64,000 bases of DNA, taken from assembly GCA_963711835.1 (NCBI GenBank), contig CAVQFQ010000005.1, forward strand, positions 96,001 through 160,000. The letters run 5' to 3'. Below the pieces are notes generated by a model, which was not told where the DNA came from, made no database searches, and saw nothing but the letters and a program-made list of their open reading frames with translations. Origin of the DNA: an uncultured delta proteobacterium. Lineage in GTDB: Bacteria > Desulfobacterota > RBG-13-43-22. This document shows, one piece after another, positions 28,668 through 39,490 of the stretch. Numbering within the stretch: the stretch's first letter is position 1; every line of letters begins with the position of its first letter. The position numbers and the translations under genes were made by a program.

Positions 28668-29747
28668 ATGAGAATCGTCAGCCATTACATTTCGAGGGAG
28701 TTCCTGAAGATGACCGGGCTTTGTCTGGCCATTTTCGTTTTTATCTATTTTCTGGTTGATTTAATGGAAAAATTGAATGATTTTAATCAGGCCGGGGTTT
28801 CCCCCCGTCTCATTATCTGGTATTTTTTATTTACCCTGCCCGCCATCTTTAAACAAATGGTCCCGGTGGCGATTCTGATGGGGACCCAATTGACCTTCGG
28901 ATTCTTATCAAAGAACAACCAGCTCATTGCCTTTAAGTCCAGCGGGCTTAACATGGTCCGTCTCTCCTTTCCAATTATCCTGTTCTCCTTGGCCGCCTCC
29001 CTGATTCTTCTTATCATAGGAGAAGGATTGATCCCTTTTACCAATGCCCGGGCAGCCGAGATTTGGAACATTCAGGTCAAAAAAAAGGAACTCCGGGCCG
29101 TTTTAATTCAAGAGCGAATCTGGTATAAAGGAGATCAGGGCATTTATTCCTTTAACCGGTTCAATTTTAGGGATCAGGTCGCCGAAGGGGTGACCTTCTA
29201 TTTTTTCGACTCCCAGTTCAACCTGACCTTGCGCCTGGATGCCGAGAAGGTGCAATGGAAAAACGGGATGTGGTTTTTTTACAACGGCCTGTCCCAGTCC
29301 TTTCAGGGAGAGGGTAATTACACCAGTCAGCCTTTTGCCGAAAAGACCCTCGTTCTACCTGAAACCCCGGAAGACTTTCGGGTTCAGGAAAAAGGAAGCG
29401 AGGAAATGACCTACGCTGAATTACGATCGCATATCCGGAAAATTGAAAAGGAAGGCTATGAAGCCACCCGCTATCGAGTGGAAAAAGAAATCCGGCTGGC
29501 CTTTCCTTTCGTCTGCCTGATCATGGCCCTGATTGGAATTTCCATGGCTTTACGAAAGGAAAAAGGGATCGGCGTTGCCCAGGGAATCGTGGGCAGCCTG
29601 GCCGTCACCTTTATTTATTGGATCTTTTTCGGCTTCTCCCGCTCCCTGGGAATTTCCGGTATTTTTCCCCCGCTCTGGGCGGCCTGGGCCTCGAACCTCC
29701 TTTTCTTAATGATCGGCGGCTATCTTCTTTTGACCATCCGGCAATGA
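28668..29747 (+). CDS. lptG: LPS export ABC permease LptG
   Basis: YISREFLK, NQLIAFKSSG, periplasmic beta domain, EEMTYAEL, AFPFVCLIM and PPLWAAWASN. Confidence 0.88.
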   Translation: MRIVSHYISREFLKMTGLCLAIFVFIYFLVDLMEKLNDFNQAGVSPRLIIWYFLFTLPAIFKQMVPVAILMGTQLTFGFLSKNNQLIAFKSSGLNMVRLSFPIILFSLAASLILLIIGEGLIPFTNARAAEIWNIQVKKKELRAVLIQERIWYKGDQGIYSFNRFNFRDQVAEGVTFYFFDSQFNLTLRLDAEKVQWKNGMWFFYNGLSQSFQGEGNYTSQPFAEKTLVLPETPEDFRVQEKGSEEMTYAELRSHIRKIEKEGYEATRYRVEKEIRLAFPFVCLIMALIGISMALRKEKGIGVAQGIVGSLAVTFIYWIFFGFSRSLGISGIFPPLWAAWASNLLFLMIGGYLLLTIRQ

Positions 29748-31549
29748 AAGAACAAACCTTTTCTATGATCTTAAGAAGGTCCTTGCCGGCCGTCTATGTC
29801 CTGGCCGCCTTGTTGACCCTGGTTGTTATCTATACCGGCTACTCTACCACGAAAAAGATCCAGGAGACCATCAGCCATCAATTCAATCAGCAACAATTGA
29901 TCCTGGCCCGAAAAATCTCCGATCAGATTCAAAATCAGATCTCCCACCTTCAGATTTCCCTCCTGGGACTAAAAAATATTTCTAAACTGGAAGGGGCAGG
30001 AATCGAGACTCTGGCGGATAAAATATTCCTGCCCAATAAGAAGCTGTTGGGCGGTGATGTCCTGGCCATCCTTTATCTGGATCAGGAGGGAAAGATTATC
30101 GGTCGCATTCAGGATCCTGGCTGGAATCCCGAAGAAATTCCCCTGGCCAAACCCGAAGCGCTCGCTCCTTATTTGCTAACCCCCTTGCTGAGCAATCGGG
30201 TCTGGATGGGATCCACTTTGCTTTTGGATGGCAGGTGGGTTCTGCCTCTGGGGGTGCCTGTGTCCAGGAAAATAAAGGGAAGGGTAGTCGTTCGGGGGGC
30301 CCTGTTCTTTATACTGGATGCCATTCACATTGCCCAAAAAGCTACCGGAGGGGTAATTTCAGGGAGGACCGGCTACGCCTGGATCATCAACCGCGAGGGC
30401 ATCCTCCTGGATCATCACGAAAAGGACTTTATTGGCAAAAGTATTTTTGTCGTCCGCAAGGTCAGAAATCCAAAGCTGTCCTATCAAAAAATCGATGATC
30501 TGACACGCAATGAATTACTTAAGGGAAAGGAAGGCACTTCCACCTACATCAGCGGCTGGCATCGTTCCCAGAAAACAGCCGTAGAAAAGTTAATCGCCTA
30601 TACACCCATTCCTTTCTATGAGACGCCGGAGCGGGCCGGGCGCCCCCAGCCGATACGGAGCTCTGAGCTCTGGTCGGTCGCCCTGGTTGCCCCGGTGGCG
30701 GAAATCTCAGGGCTGGTTCGCAGCCTTAATTTCCAGCAGTTTATCCTGATCGGCATCTTTCAGATCCTAATCATCATGGGAACAGGGTTTTTTGTATTGA
30801 TCTCCAGCCGCTGGTCCCGATATTTATCCCTTGAAGTGGAACAAAAAACCGAGGAGCTGAAAAAATCCCAAGAAAAGCTGGTTCATTCGGAAAGGCTGGC
30901 AGCCGTTGGATCCATGGCCAGCCACGTCTCCCATGAAATAAAAAATCCCTTGATTGCCATCGGGGGTCTGGCCCAACAACTGAAGCGCTCCCCCCATTTA
31001 GATGAAAAAGAAAAGGGGAAACTGGAACTGATTACCACCGAGGTAAGCCGTCTGGAAAAAATCCTGATCGAGGTCAGGGATTTTACCCGTCCGACAACAC
31101 CCAGTAAGGTCAAGGCCGATATAAACCAGGTTTTTAGAGAATTAATACAATTGTCAAGCCCTGTCCTTCAGGAGAACGGCATACAAATACAGGCCAGTCT
31201 GGATGACAGCCTGCCGGCCTTTTGCTTTGATCCGGGGCAAATGAAACAGGTCTTTATTAACCTGATGAAAAATGCGGCTGAAGCCATGCCTGAAGGAGGC
31301 ACCCTCTCTGTTATGACCCGGAAAGAACGCCAGGGCGTCATGATTCAGATAGCGGATACCGGCACAGGTATCGATGCCAAGGTCAAAGAAAATCTCTTCC
31401 GGCCCTTTATGACTACCAAGAAAAAGGGAACCGGCTTGGGCCTGGCCGTATCTTCTAAGCTGATCCAAGACCACAATGGGGATATCAAATTAGAATCCGA
31501 GGTCGACTTTGGTACCACCGTTATCATTCGGTTGCCCCTGGAAGAATAA
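29744..31549 (+). CDS. Sensor histidine kinase with Cache-like periplasmic domain
   Basis: Two TM segments, GRTGYAWII, ERLAAVG...SHEIKNPL, QVFINLMKNA, DTGTG and GTGLGL. Confidence 0.93.
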   Translation: MKEQTFSMILRRSLPAVYVLAALLTLVVIYTGYSTTKKIQETISHQFNQQQLILARKISDQIQNQISHLQISLLGLKNISKLEGAGIETLADKIFLPNKKLLGGDVLAILYLDQEGKIIGRIQDPGWNPEEIPLAKPEALAPYLLTPLLSNRVWMGSTLLLDGRWVLPLGVPVSRKIKGRVVVRGALFFILDAIHIAQKATGGVISGRTGYAWIINREGILLDHHEKDFIGKSIFVVRKVRNPKLSYQKIDDLTRNELLKGKEGTSTYISGWHRSQKTAVEKLIAYTPIPFYETPERAGRPQPIRSSELWSVALVAPVAEISGLVRSLNFQQFILIGIFQILIIMGTGFFVLISSRWSRYLSLEVEQKTEELKKSQEKLVHSERLAAVGSMASHVSHEIKNPLIAIGGLAQQLKRSPHLDEKEKGKLELITTEVSRLEKILIEVRDFTRPTTPSKVKADINQVFRELIQLSSPVLQENGIQIQASLDDSLPAFCFDPGQMKQVFINLMKNAAEAMPEGGTLSVMTRKERQGVMIQIADTGTGIDAKVKENLFRPFMTTKKKGTGLGLAVSSKLIQDHNGDIKLESEVDFGTTVIIRLPLEE

Positions 31550-31586
31550 TCACTCCAAAAGGTAAGAAAAAATTCGAAATCTGAAT

Positions 31587-33528
31587 ATGGGACTGAACCT
31601 TTTTGAAAAAATTATAGAAACTCATCAGGGGAAGAAAAAAGCCGGGCGGGGAGAATCCCTCTCCCTGACCGTGGACCAGGTCCTGACCCAGGACGCCACC
31701 GGAACCATGGTCTACCTGCAGTTCGAAGCCATTGGAATCGATCGGATTCAAATTCCCTTAGCGGTTTCCTATGTCGATCATAATACCCTCCAGGGTGATG
31801 CGAAAAACCCGGACGATCATCGCTATCTCCAAACCGCCGCCGCCCGCTACGGGGCCTACTTCTCCCCGCCGGGCAACGGTATCAGTCACCAGCTTCATCT
31901 GGAGCATTTCGCCAAACCAGGGCAGGTTCTCCTTGGCTCAGACAGCCACACCCCGACCTGCGGCGGTCTGGCCATGCTGGCCATGGGCTGCGGAGGCATT
32001 GATATCGCTGCCGCCATGGCCGGCTTCCCCTACAGCCTTCCCCAACCCAAAGTCAGGAGAATCCGGGTAACCGGGGAATTGAGGCGGCCCTGGGTCACGG
32101 CCATGGACGTAGGTCTGGAGATGCTCCGGCGCCTGACTGTTCGTGGCGGCCTGGGTTGGATCATGGAATATGACGGACCGGGACTGAAGGATCTCAGCCT
32201 TACGGAACGGGCGACCATCTGTAATTTAGGGGCCGAATTGGGGGCCACCTCTTCCCTCTTTCCCAGCGACCGCCTAACCCTTTCTTTTTTAAAGGCCCAG
32301 GGTCGGGCCAAGGACTGGCGGAAACTCCAGGCCGATCCAGATGCCCGGTATGATGAACACCTGGAGCTCGACCTAAGCACTGTGGAGCCCCTGGTGGCCC
32401 AACCTTTCAGTCCCGATCACGTGGTTCCCCTTAAAAAGCTTCAGGGTTTGAAGGTCGATCAGGTCTGTATCGGCAGTTGCTCCAACTCTTCCTATGCCAT
32501 GCTTAAAACGGTGACCGAGTTATTAAAGGGTAATACGGTTGCACCCTCAACCAGTCTTTTGATCAACCCGGGATCACGCCAGGTGCTCCGGGAGCTGGCC
32601 CGAAAAAATGACCTGGAAATTCTGATCGCTTCGGGGACCAGGATGCTGGAAGCGGCCTGCGGTCCCTGCATCGGTATGGGCGGGGCCCCCCCGGACGGAG
32701 GGATCTCCTTCAGGACCTACAACCGGAATTTCAAGGGCAGAAGCGGGACACCGAATGCGCAGGTCTATTTGTGCAGTCCTGTCACCGCCGCACTGATGGC
32801 CATCAAGGGCGAAGTGGTCGACCCCTTTCGCTCCCCTTTTAAACTGCCGAAACGCCTTCGGCCTTTTAAGGCTGAACATCCGGATCCCTTCATTCAGCCG
32901 CCGCCCCGAAATCCCAACCAGGTCAAGGTCATCCGGGGTCCGAACATCAAACCCATACCTAAGCGAAAATCTCTAACCAATGCCTTTCAGGCCCGGGTCC
33001 TGATCAAGCTGGGAGACCATATCAGCACTGATGATATCCTGCCCGGCGGGGCTAAGATCCTGCCGCTCCGCTCCAATATCCCGGCCATCTCCCGCTACGC
33101 CTTCAGCAGGATCGATCCTTCCTTTTCGGAGCGGGCCCATAAAGGCCGGGATGGGATTGATCGTGGGCGGGGAAAATTACGGCCAGGGCTCATCCCGAGA
33201 GCATGCCGCCCTGGTGCCGATGGTTCTGGGTATTCAGGCCGTGCTGGCCAAATCCTTTGCCCGCATCCACCTGAGCAACCTGATCAATTATGGGATTGTA
33301 CCCCTGGTCTTCCAAGATCCGCAGGATTATGAGAAGTTGGCTTTGGAGGATACCCTCGAATTTACCGGTCTGCGCCAGAGTCTGCGGAAAGGGGTGGAGA
33401 TCAAGGCCTTTAATCGTACGAAGATGAGGCACCTGCTTTTCAAGGCCCTTGTTCCAGGGGACAAAACGGCCATCCTTTTATCCGGTGGTTTATTGCCTTA
33501 CTTGAAAAATAATTTGGCTTCTAAATGA
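31587..33528 (+). CDS. Aconitate hydratase (short archaeal/Aquifex-like type); one +1 frameshift at ~33138
   Basis: QDATGT, DHN, GSDSHT, IGSCSN, CGPCIGMG and NRNF motifs. The swivel-domain motif GENYGQGSSREHA is in the next frame. Confidence 0.9.
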
Positions 33529-33619
33529 TCAGGTTAAAACAAAGCGTTAAGGGCGGGTTTAAGCCCATACTGCTGGCCATTCCAGAGAGTCCAAGACCTT
33601 CCCTACCTCATCCGAAAAC

Positions 33620-34573
33620 ATGGCTCAAATAACAATTCCCCACATACTCATCGGCCATGCCTCCTATCCGGACGGCCCTACGGGCTGTACGGTCATCCTC
33701 TGCCCTGAAGGTGCGGTGGCCGGACTGGATATTCGCGGTTCGGCCTCAAGCACCAGACAGACCGACTCCCTCTCCTCCCTTCACCGGGTATCCCAGATCC
33801 ACGGCCTTTGCCTATCCGGCGGCAGCGCCTTCGGCCTGGATGCCGCCGGTGGGGTCCTGCAATATTTGGAAGAAAAAAATATCGGGTTTGACGTGACGGT
33901 AACCAGGGTCCCGATCGTCCCTTCAGCCATCCTTTTTGACCTGGCCTTCGGCAATCCCGCCGTGCGTCCGGACAAGGCCCTGGGTTATCAGGCCTGCCTG
34001 AATGCCTCTGCGGAAGCGGTTCCGGAGGGAAGCGTCGGGGCCGGTACAGGGGCCACAATAGGGAAACTGTTCAGCGTCACCCAGGCCACCAAAGGTGGAT
34101 TGGGTTATACCGAAATCCGGGCCCCAGAAGGCCTGATCGTGGCCGCCCTGGTAGTGGTGAATGCCTTCGGGGATGTGGTTGATTCAGATGGGAAGATTCT
34201 TGCCGGGGCCCGCACCGGACCCAATGATCACACCTTCGCCGGCACCTGGGAGTGTATGAAGCAGGGAGTCCAGCCCAAACAGTTCGTGGTCCAGAACACC
34301 ACCCTGGGTGTTATTTTGACCAATGCCCAACTGGATAAAACCGATGCCCGGAAGCTCGCTCAGTTGGGCCAGAACGCCCTGGCCCGGGTTATTGCCCCTG
34401 TTCACAGCCTCTATGACGGCGACATCATTTTTGCCCTATCGGTCGGGCGGATCGAGGCCGGCCTAATGCAGGTGGGGATTCTGGCCCAGGAGGCCGTTCA
34501 GGAAGGGGTGATCCGGGCGGTGAAAGCCGCAGACGGCTTGGGCCGCCTGCCGGCCTGGAAGGATTTGCGTTAA
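33620..34573 (+). CDS. P1/S58 (DmpA-like) peptidase
   Basis: TGCTV, LSGGSAFGLDAA, GSVGAGTGAT, VNAFGD, NTT and DGD. Confidence 0.92.
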   Translation: MAQITIPHILIGHASYPDGPTGCTVILCPEGAVAGLDIRGSASSTRQTDSLSSLHRVSQIHGLCLSGGSAFGLDAAGGVLQYLEEKNIGFDVTVTRVPIVPSAILFDLAFGNPAVRPDKALGYQACLNASAEAVPEGSVGAGTGATIGKLFSVTQATKGGLGYTEIRAPEGLIVAALVVVNAFGDVVDSDGKILAGARTGPNDHTFAGTWECMKQGVQPKQFVVQNTTLGVILTNAQLDKTDARKLAQLGQNALARVIAPVHSLYDGDIIFALSVGRIEAGLMQVGILAQEAVQEGVIRAVKAADGLGRLPAWKDLR

Positions 34574-34750
34574 GAGAAAACGAACTAAGGGGACGTTGGT
34601 GCAGGGATTGCATTGACAATTCCTGCACCAACGTTATATAGGCCTTAAACCTGAGAGTAGGCTCCCTTTCTTCTCGCTTGAAATAGTCGGCTGTTATGGT
34701 AGGGTTCCGGTTATTAATAAACTCATAAACGGCAAGCCAAAAAGGAAAAT

Positions 34751-35545
34751 ATGGTGAAGAATCCTGTTGATTGGGAAGAGTCTTATGTTATTCGTTCCTA
34801 TGAGGTCGGTTTTCAAAACCGCCTGCGGTTGAGTACCCTGTTCAACATGATGCAAGAAACGGCTTCCAATCATGTCACCCGGTGTGGGGTCGGGCTAAAA
34901 GAATTAAAGACCCGGAACGAGGTCTGGGTGCTTTCCCGACTAATGATTGCCATGGATTTTTATCCGGGTTGGGGTGATGAAATAAGGGTTAAAACGTGGC
35001 CCAGAGGATTCGATCGTCTATTCGCCCTCCGCGAATTTCAAATAAGCAGTTCTCAAGGGAAAGTCCTGGGCCGGGCCACTTCCAACTGGCTGCTGTTGGA
35101 CCTGTCCACCCGAAGACCGAAAAGACTGGAAACCGTTTTTAAACAAATGGCGGTTGCGCCCGAGCAACGGGCCTTGGATCGAAAATTGGGAAAACTTTCG
35201 CGCTTGGCCGATCCCCAAGAGGAAAAAATAGTTGAAGCGGCTTATGGGCAGATCGATTTAAACCAGCATGTCAACAATGCTCAATACATCGGGTGGATTG
35301 AGGATGTTTTCCCTTTTTCCGTTTACCGGGATCGGCATCTTTCCCTTCTGCAGATCAACTTTCTGGCCGAAACTCGGTTCGGCGAAAAAATTAGCCTCTG
35401 CCAAAAGAAGATCGAAGAAAAGGAGGCCTTGATCTATGGCCTAGAGGGGCAAAAAAACGGCGGGCAGACCTTGGCCTTTCAGGCCCGGCTGGAATGGTCC
35501 AAGACACCCATATCGTTCTCATCCGGAAAAAATTTTTTCGGCTGA
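34751..35545 (+). CDS. Acyl-ACP thioesterase
   Basis: IRSYE, QETASNH, WVLSRL, VKTWP and DLNQHVNNAQY. Confidence 0.92.
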   Translation: MVKNPVDWEESYVIRSYEVGFQNRLRLSTLFNMMQETASNHVTRCGVGLKELKTRNEVWVLSRLMIAMDFYPGWGDEIRVKTWPRGFDRLFALREFQISSSQGKVLGRATSNWLLLDLSTRRPKRLETVFKQMAVAPEQRALDRKLGKLSRLADPQEEKIVEAAYGQIDLNQHVNNAQYIGWIEDVFPFSVYRDRHLSLLQINFLAETRFGEKISLCQKKIEEKEALIYGLEGQKNGGQTLAFQARLEWSKTPISFSSGKNFFG

Positions 35546-35591
35546 GAGCTATCAGCGATCGGCACCCTGACTCGCCATGTCCCGGCTTGTT

Positions 35592-37136
35592 TTATTTCTT
35601 TCGAGAACGCCCTCGGCCTTTTCTTTCCGGACGGCCTTCTCGACCTCCCCGTCCGGGTCCGGCCCCAGGTCTGGAAGGCTCGGTCAGGGGTGGTTGGGGC
35701 GGCCGGGTCTGGAGCGTCTTCTGGTAATAATCGTCCAGCAGCATGGCGATCAAAGCCAGCTCGTCTTCGCCTTGTTCCAGACTCCGGGCCAGGGGGATAA
35801 ACCGTTTCATCCGTTCGGCCTGCAGGCTGTCATGGGAGCGCAGATCCGCCTCCAGCAATGCGGTAACCCGTTGTGAGACGATGGCTTCCACATCGACATC
35901 ACCGGGCAGGGGCCGCTCCTGGAGCTCAATGCCGAACCGTTTGGAAATCTGCTTCAACCTGATTTCCTCCAGAGGGGTGACCAAAGCCAGGGCAATCCCG
36001 CTGGCGCCGACCCGGCCGGTGCGCCCGACACGATGGATATAGATCTCCGGGTCCTCAGGCGGTTCGTACTGGATGACATGGGACAGGTCCGGAATATCAA
36101 TGCCTCTGGCCGCCACGTCGGTCGCTACCATTAAACGCAGATCGCCCTTCCGAACCTGAGCCATGACCTTTTCCCTGGCCGCCTGAGACAGGTCCGAGCT
36201 CAACTCATCGGCGTCGTACCCGAAACGCTGCAGGACCACCGTCAGGTAATGAACCATGCTTTTGGTATTGCAGAAAATAATAGCCGAGACCGGGTTCTCG
36301 ACCTCGATGATTCGGATCAGGGCCCGATCCTTCTCCATGCCCGAGGTCACATAGTAAAAGTGCTCCGTCCCGGCCACATGGATCTGGTCCTGGCTGAGGC
36401 TGAGGAATTCGGGCTCGCGAAGAAATTCTTTGGCCAGGCGCAGCACAAAGGACGGAATGGTGGCCGAAAGCATATAACCGTTGATGCGCTTTGAAGGCAG
36501 GTATTCCTGTACCTGCTGCATGTCCGGATAAAAACCCATGGAAAGCAGGCGATCGGCTTCATCAAAGACCAGGACCTCCAGTTGCTTCAACGACAGGGAG
36601 CGTTTCAACAGATGATCCAGAACCCGGCCCGGGGTTCCAATAACCAGTTGAACCCCTTTCTGAAAGGCCTCCAATTGGGGGCCGTAGCCCACGCCGCCGT
36701 AAACGGCAATGGATTGTACCCCCAGGGCTTCACCCAACATTTCCGCTTCCTTGGCCACCTGCTGGGCCAATTCACGGGTGGGCACTAAGACCAGGGCCTG
36801 ACAGGCCGCTTGGCCTGGAACGATCCGGTTCAGGATAGGCAGAAGATAGGCCCCGGTCTTGCCGCTTCCGGTCTGGGACTGGATCATCAAATCCCTCCGG
36901 GCTTGGAAATAGGGAATAGCCTTGGCCTGGACCGGCAATAGCCGGTCCCAACCCGCCTTGGCTGCTGCCTGCCGCAGCCCCTCCGGCAGTTCCTCTAAGG
37001 TGATCTCCGGCAGGGCATTTTCCGGCTCGACCACCTGATTGCCCGGGATATCCGGGGAGCCCTGTTCCCCAACCGAAACTTCTAAGAGGTCTTGGCCGTC
37101 TGATTGATCATCTTTTTTAGAATTATCGTCTCTCAT
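35592..37136 (-). CDS. DEAD-box RNA helicase
   Basis: QTGSGKT, PTRELA, TPGR, DEAD, SAT, ARGID and HRVGRTGR. Confidence 0.96.
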   Translation of the reverse strand: MRDDNSKKDDQSDGQDLLEVSVGEQGSPDIPGNQVVEPENALPEITLEELPEGLRQAAAKAGWDRLLPVQAKAIPYFQARRDLMIQSQTGSGKTGAYLLPILNRIVPGQAACQALVLVPTRELAQQVAKEAEMLGEALGVQSIAVYGGVGYGPQLEAFQKGVQLVIGTPGRVLDHLLKRSLSLKQLEVLVFDEADRLLSMGFYPDMQQVQEYLPSKRINGYMLSATIPSFVLRLAKEFLREPEFLSLSQDQIHVAGTEHFYYVTSGMEKDRALIRIIEVENPVSAIIFCNTKSMVHYLTVVLQRFGYDADELSSDLSQAAREKVMAQVRKGDLRLMVATDVAARGIDIPDLSHVIQYEPPEDPEIYIHRVGRTGRVGASGIALALVTPLEEIRLKQISKRFGIELQERPLPGDVDVEAIVSQRVTALLEADLRSHDSLQAERMKRFIPLARSLEQGEDELALIAMLLDDYYQKTLQTRPPQPPLTEPSRPGAGPGRGGREGRPERKGRGRSRKK

Positions 37137-37489
37137 TATCCGGTTAAACGTTCCTTTCTGCTTTTCTTATTTTTTAAAAAAGTAAATCCGGGGAGGTCCC
37201 CCTTATAGGAGAACCCCAGCCCCTCAACTTTTGAGCGTTATTGAAAATTAATGAGCATTTGGCCGAGATCTTTACCGACATCCTTGGAGTCGTCATCAAG
37301 AAATTTTTCAAACAGGTTTAAAAAAATTGTCTTATACCGGACGAGCATAGTATAACCGTTTAATTTGTCAAGCAAATTATAGAATGACCCCTAAGGTCAA
37401 CAAGACCTCCCTTTTGGATCGGGCTTGACAGGAGCGGCCCCGATACACTAAGATAGGCCTAATACCTGATAATAAAGGGGGGGTGTGTT

Positions 37490-37609
37490 TTGGGCAGGCA
37501 TAAAAAAATCGAACGTACCAGGGAAATAGAACGGAGACGCCGGAGGAGAGAAAAACGGAAAAAGATGGAAGCCAAGACGGCCAAACAAGCCGCCATTCCA
37601 ACCAGTTAG
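37490..37609 (+). CDS. Small very basic protein, 39 aa (DUF6800-like, tentative)
   Basis: TTG start after a G-rich RBS: MGRHKKIERTREIERRRRRREKRKKMEAKTAKQAAIPTS*. Below the ORF-track cutoff. Confidence 0.55.
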   Translation: MGRHKKIERTREIERRRRRREKRKKMEAKTAKQAAIPTS

Positions 37610-37655
37610 CCTACCGAGTTCAAATCCAGGACCTACCGGAAGGATTTCATCCCTA

Positions 37656-38621
37656 TTAAATCTCCGAGGGTTGGGTTTGCCGTATCCTTTGGGAGAATGA
37701 TTTTTCCAGGGTTTTTACCAGCAGGGTCAGGACCGTATTGACGGGCACGGGGATTTTTCTTTTCCGGCCTTCCCGGACAATGACGCCGTTGATAAAATCG
37801 ATCTCCGTCCTCTTCTCCTTCAAGATATCCTGAAGCATAGAGGAAATATTGGACCGGGTCATTTGACAGACCTTTTTGACCCTTTCCAGCGGGTCGGGAT
37901 AAGTAAAGGCAACTGCCTTGGCCCGGCCCACTTCGATGGCCTCCCGGACCGCTTCTTCGAGGATTTCTTCGGTTTCCAAATAATCCAAAAGAGCCCCGTT
38001 GGGCAGGTGAGTCAGGGCGGTGAGGGCATTGATGCCCACATTGACCAGCAATTTGGTCCAGATTAAATTCTCGATCTGTCCGACGATCTGGGTCTTAAAA
38101 CCGGCAGCCTCCAGGATCCGGCTGATTGCGAAAAGATCCTCCTCTTTTTTCGTCTGGCCCTTCTTCCCGGGAAAAGCATAGCCGATAAAGGTGTCCCCTT
38201 CCCCGGCATGGCGGATGCGCCCTGGTCCCAACAAGGTGGCCCCATGTGAGGTAATCCCGGCCAGGATATTTGCCCTGGAGAGATATTCCTCTAAAATCTC
38301 CACATTCCCCACCCCGTTTTGCAGGGTCAACCATAAAGGACCGGAGCCTAAACTGCCGATGTTTTCAACCACCGTTCGCGTATCGTAGGCCTTAACACAC
38401 AGGACGATCAATTGGGACCCGGACAACTTTTCCGGCTCCAGGGTGGCGGGGACCTTCATCCGCACCGACCCCCGGATCCCCTCTATTTTCAATCCTTTTC
38501 GGTTGATAAAGGCGGCCCGTTCGGCCTGGTGGTCCAAAAGGATGACCTCCTGGCCGGCCTTGGCCAGGTAGGCGGCCAGAAGGCAGCCCATAGCGCCGGG
38601 TCCGATGATTCCGATCTTCAC
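37656..38621 (-). CDS. panE: 2-dehydropantoate 2-reductase
   Basis: IIGPGAMG, VKAYD, LQNGVG, WTKLLVN, SSMLQD and TEIDFING. Confidence 0.95.
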   Translation of the reverse strand: MKIGIIGPGAMGCLLAAYLAKAGQEVILLDHQAERAAFINRKGLKIEGIRGSVRMKVPATLEPEKLSGSQLIVLCVKAYDTRTVVENIGSLGSGPLWLTLQNGVGNVEILEEYLSRANILAGITSHGATLLGPGRIRHAGEGDTFIGYAFPGKKGQTKKEEDLFAISRILEAAGFKTQIVGQIENLIWTKLLVNVGINALTALTHLPNGALLDYLETEEILEEAVREAIEVGRAKAVAFTYPDPLERVKKVCQMTRSNISSMLQDILKEKRTEIDFINGVIVREGRKRKIPVPVNTVLTLLVKTLEKSFSQRIRQTQPSEI

Positions 38622-39478
38622 TTGCTTGGCCCTTTCTTTCCGACCCGCAGCTTCTTCAGGTCCTGAGCAGCCATGCCGAAGGAGTAAGCCGGGGAAGGGA
38701 AGGTCCCGGCCTCAACTTCCGTCTTGTAAGCCCCCAAGGCTTCCCGGATAAGGGGATACAATTGGACATATTGTTTTACAAACTTAGGCAGAAACTTCTC
38801 AAACAATCCCAGAAGATCATTGGTGACCAGGACCTGGCCGTCGCATTCGTTCCCGGCCCCGATCCCGATAGTGGGAACGCGCAGGGAGCGGCTGATCAAT
38901 CCGGCCAGCTTGTCGGGGATACACTCCATGACAATGGCGCACGTCCCGGCCTCTTCCAGGGCCAGGGCCGCATCCAGAAGGCGCTGGGCCGAGGCCGTAT
39001 CTTTTCCCTGGACCTTGAAACCGCCCAGCATGGTGACTGTTTGCGGGGTTAACCCGATATGAGCCACCACCGGGATACCGGCCGCCACGATGGCCCGGAG
39101 GGTCTCCACGACTTCCAGCCCTCCTTCCAATTTTACGGCGTCACAGCCGGCCTCTTTCATAAACCGTCCGGCGTTCCGGATGGCCTCTTCCCGATTGATA
39201 TTATAGGACATGAAAGGCATATCCCCTACCAGAAAGGCGTAGCGGGTTCCCCGGCGGACCGCCCGGCAGTGGTGGATCATCTCCTCCATGGTTACCGGAA
39301 CGGTCGAGTCATAGCCCAGCACCACCATGCCCAGGGAATCCCCGACCAGGATCATGTCCAAGCCGGCCTGGTCGATAAAGGAAGCCATGGCCCAATCGTA
39401 GGCGGTCAGCATGGTGATTTTTTGGCCGGCCTTTTTTTTGGCCCACAAATCAGGAATGGACATTTTTTTTCGTTCCAT
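38618..39478 (-). CDS. panB: 3-methyl-2-oxobutanoate hydroxymethyltransferase
   Basis: LTAYD, LVGDSLG, DMPF, VKLEGG, HIGLTPQ and DGQVLV. Confidence 0.98.
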   Translation of the reverse strand: MERKKMSIPDLWAKKKAGQKITMLTAYDWAMASFIDQAGLDMILVGDSLGMVVLGYDSTVPVTMEEMIHHCRAVRRGTRYAFLVGDMPFMSYNINREEAIRNAGRFMKEAGCDAVKLEGGLEVVETLRAIVAAGIPVVAHIGLTPQTVTMLGGFKVQGKDTASAQRLLDAALALEEAGTCAIVMECIPDKLAGLISRSLRVPTIGIGAGNECDGQVLVTNDLLGLFEKFLPKFVKQYVQLYPLIREALGAYKTEVEAGTFPSPAYSFGMAAQDLKKLRVGKKGPSK

Positions 39479-39490
39479 GGGTGCCTCCTT

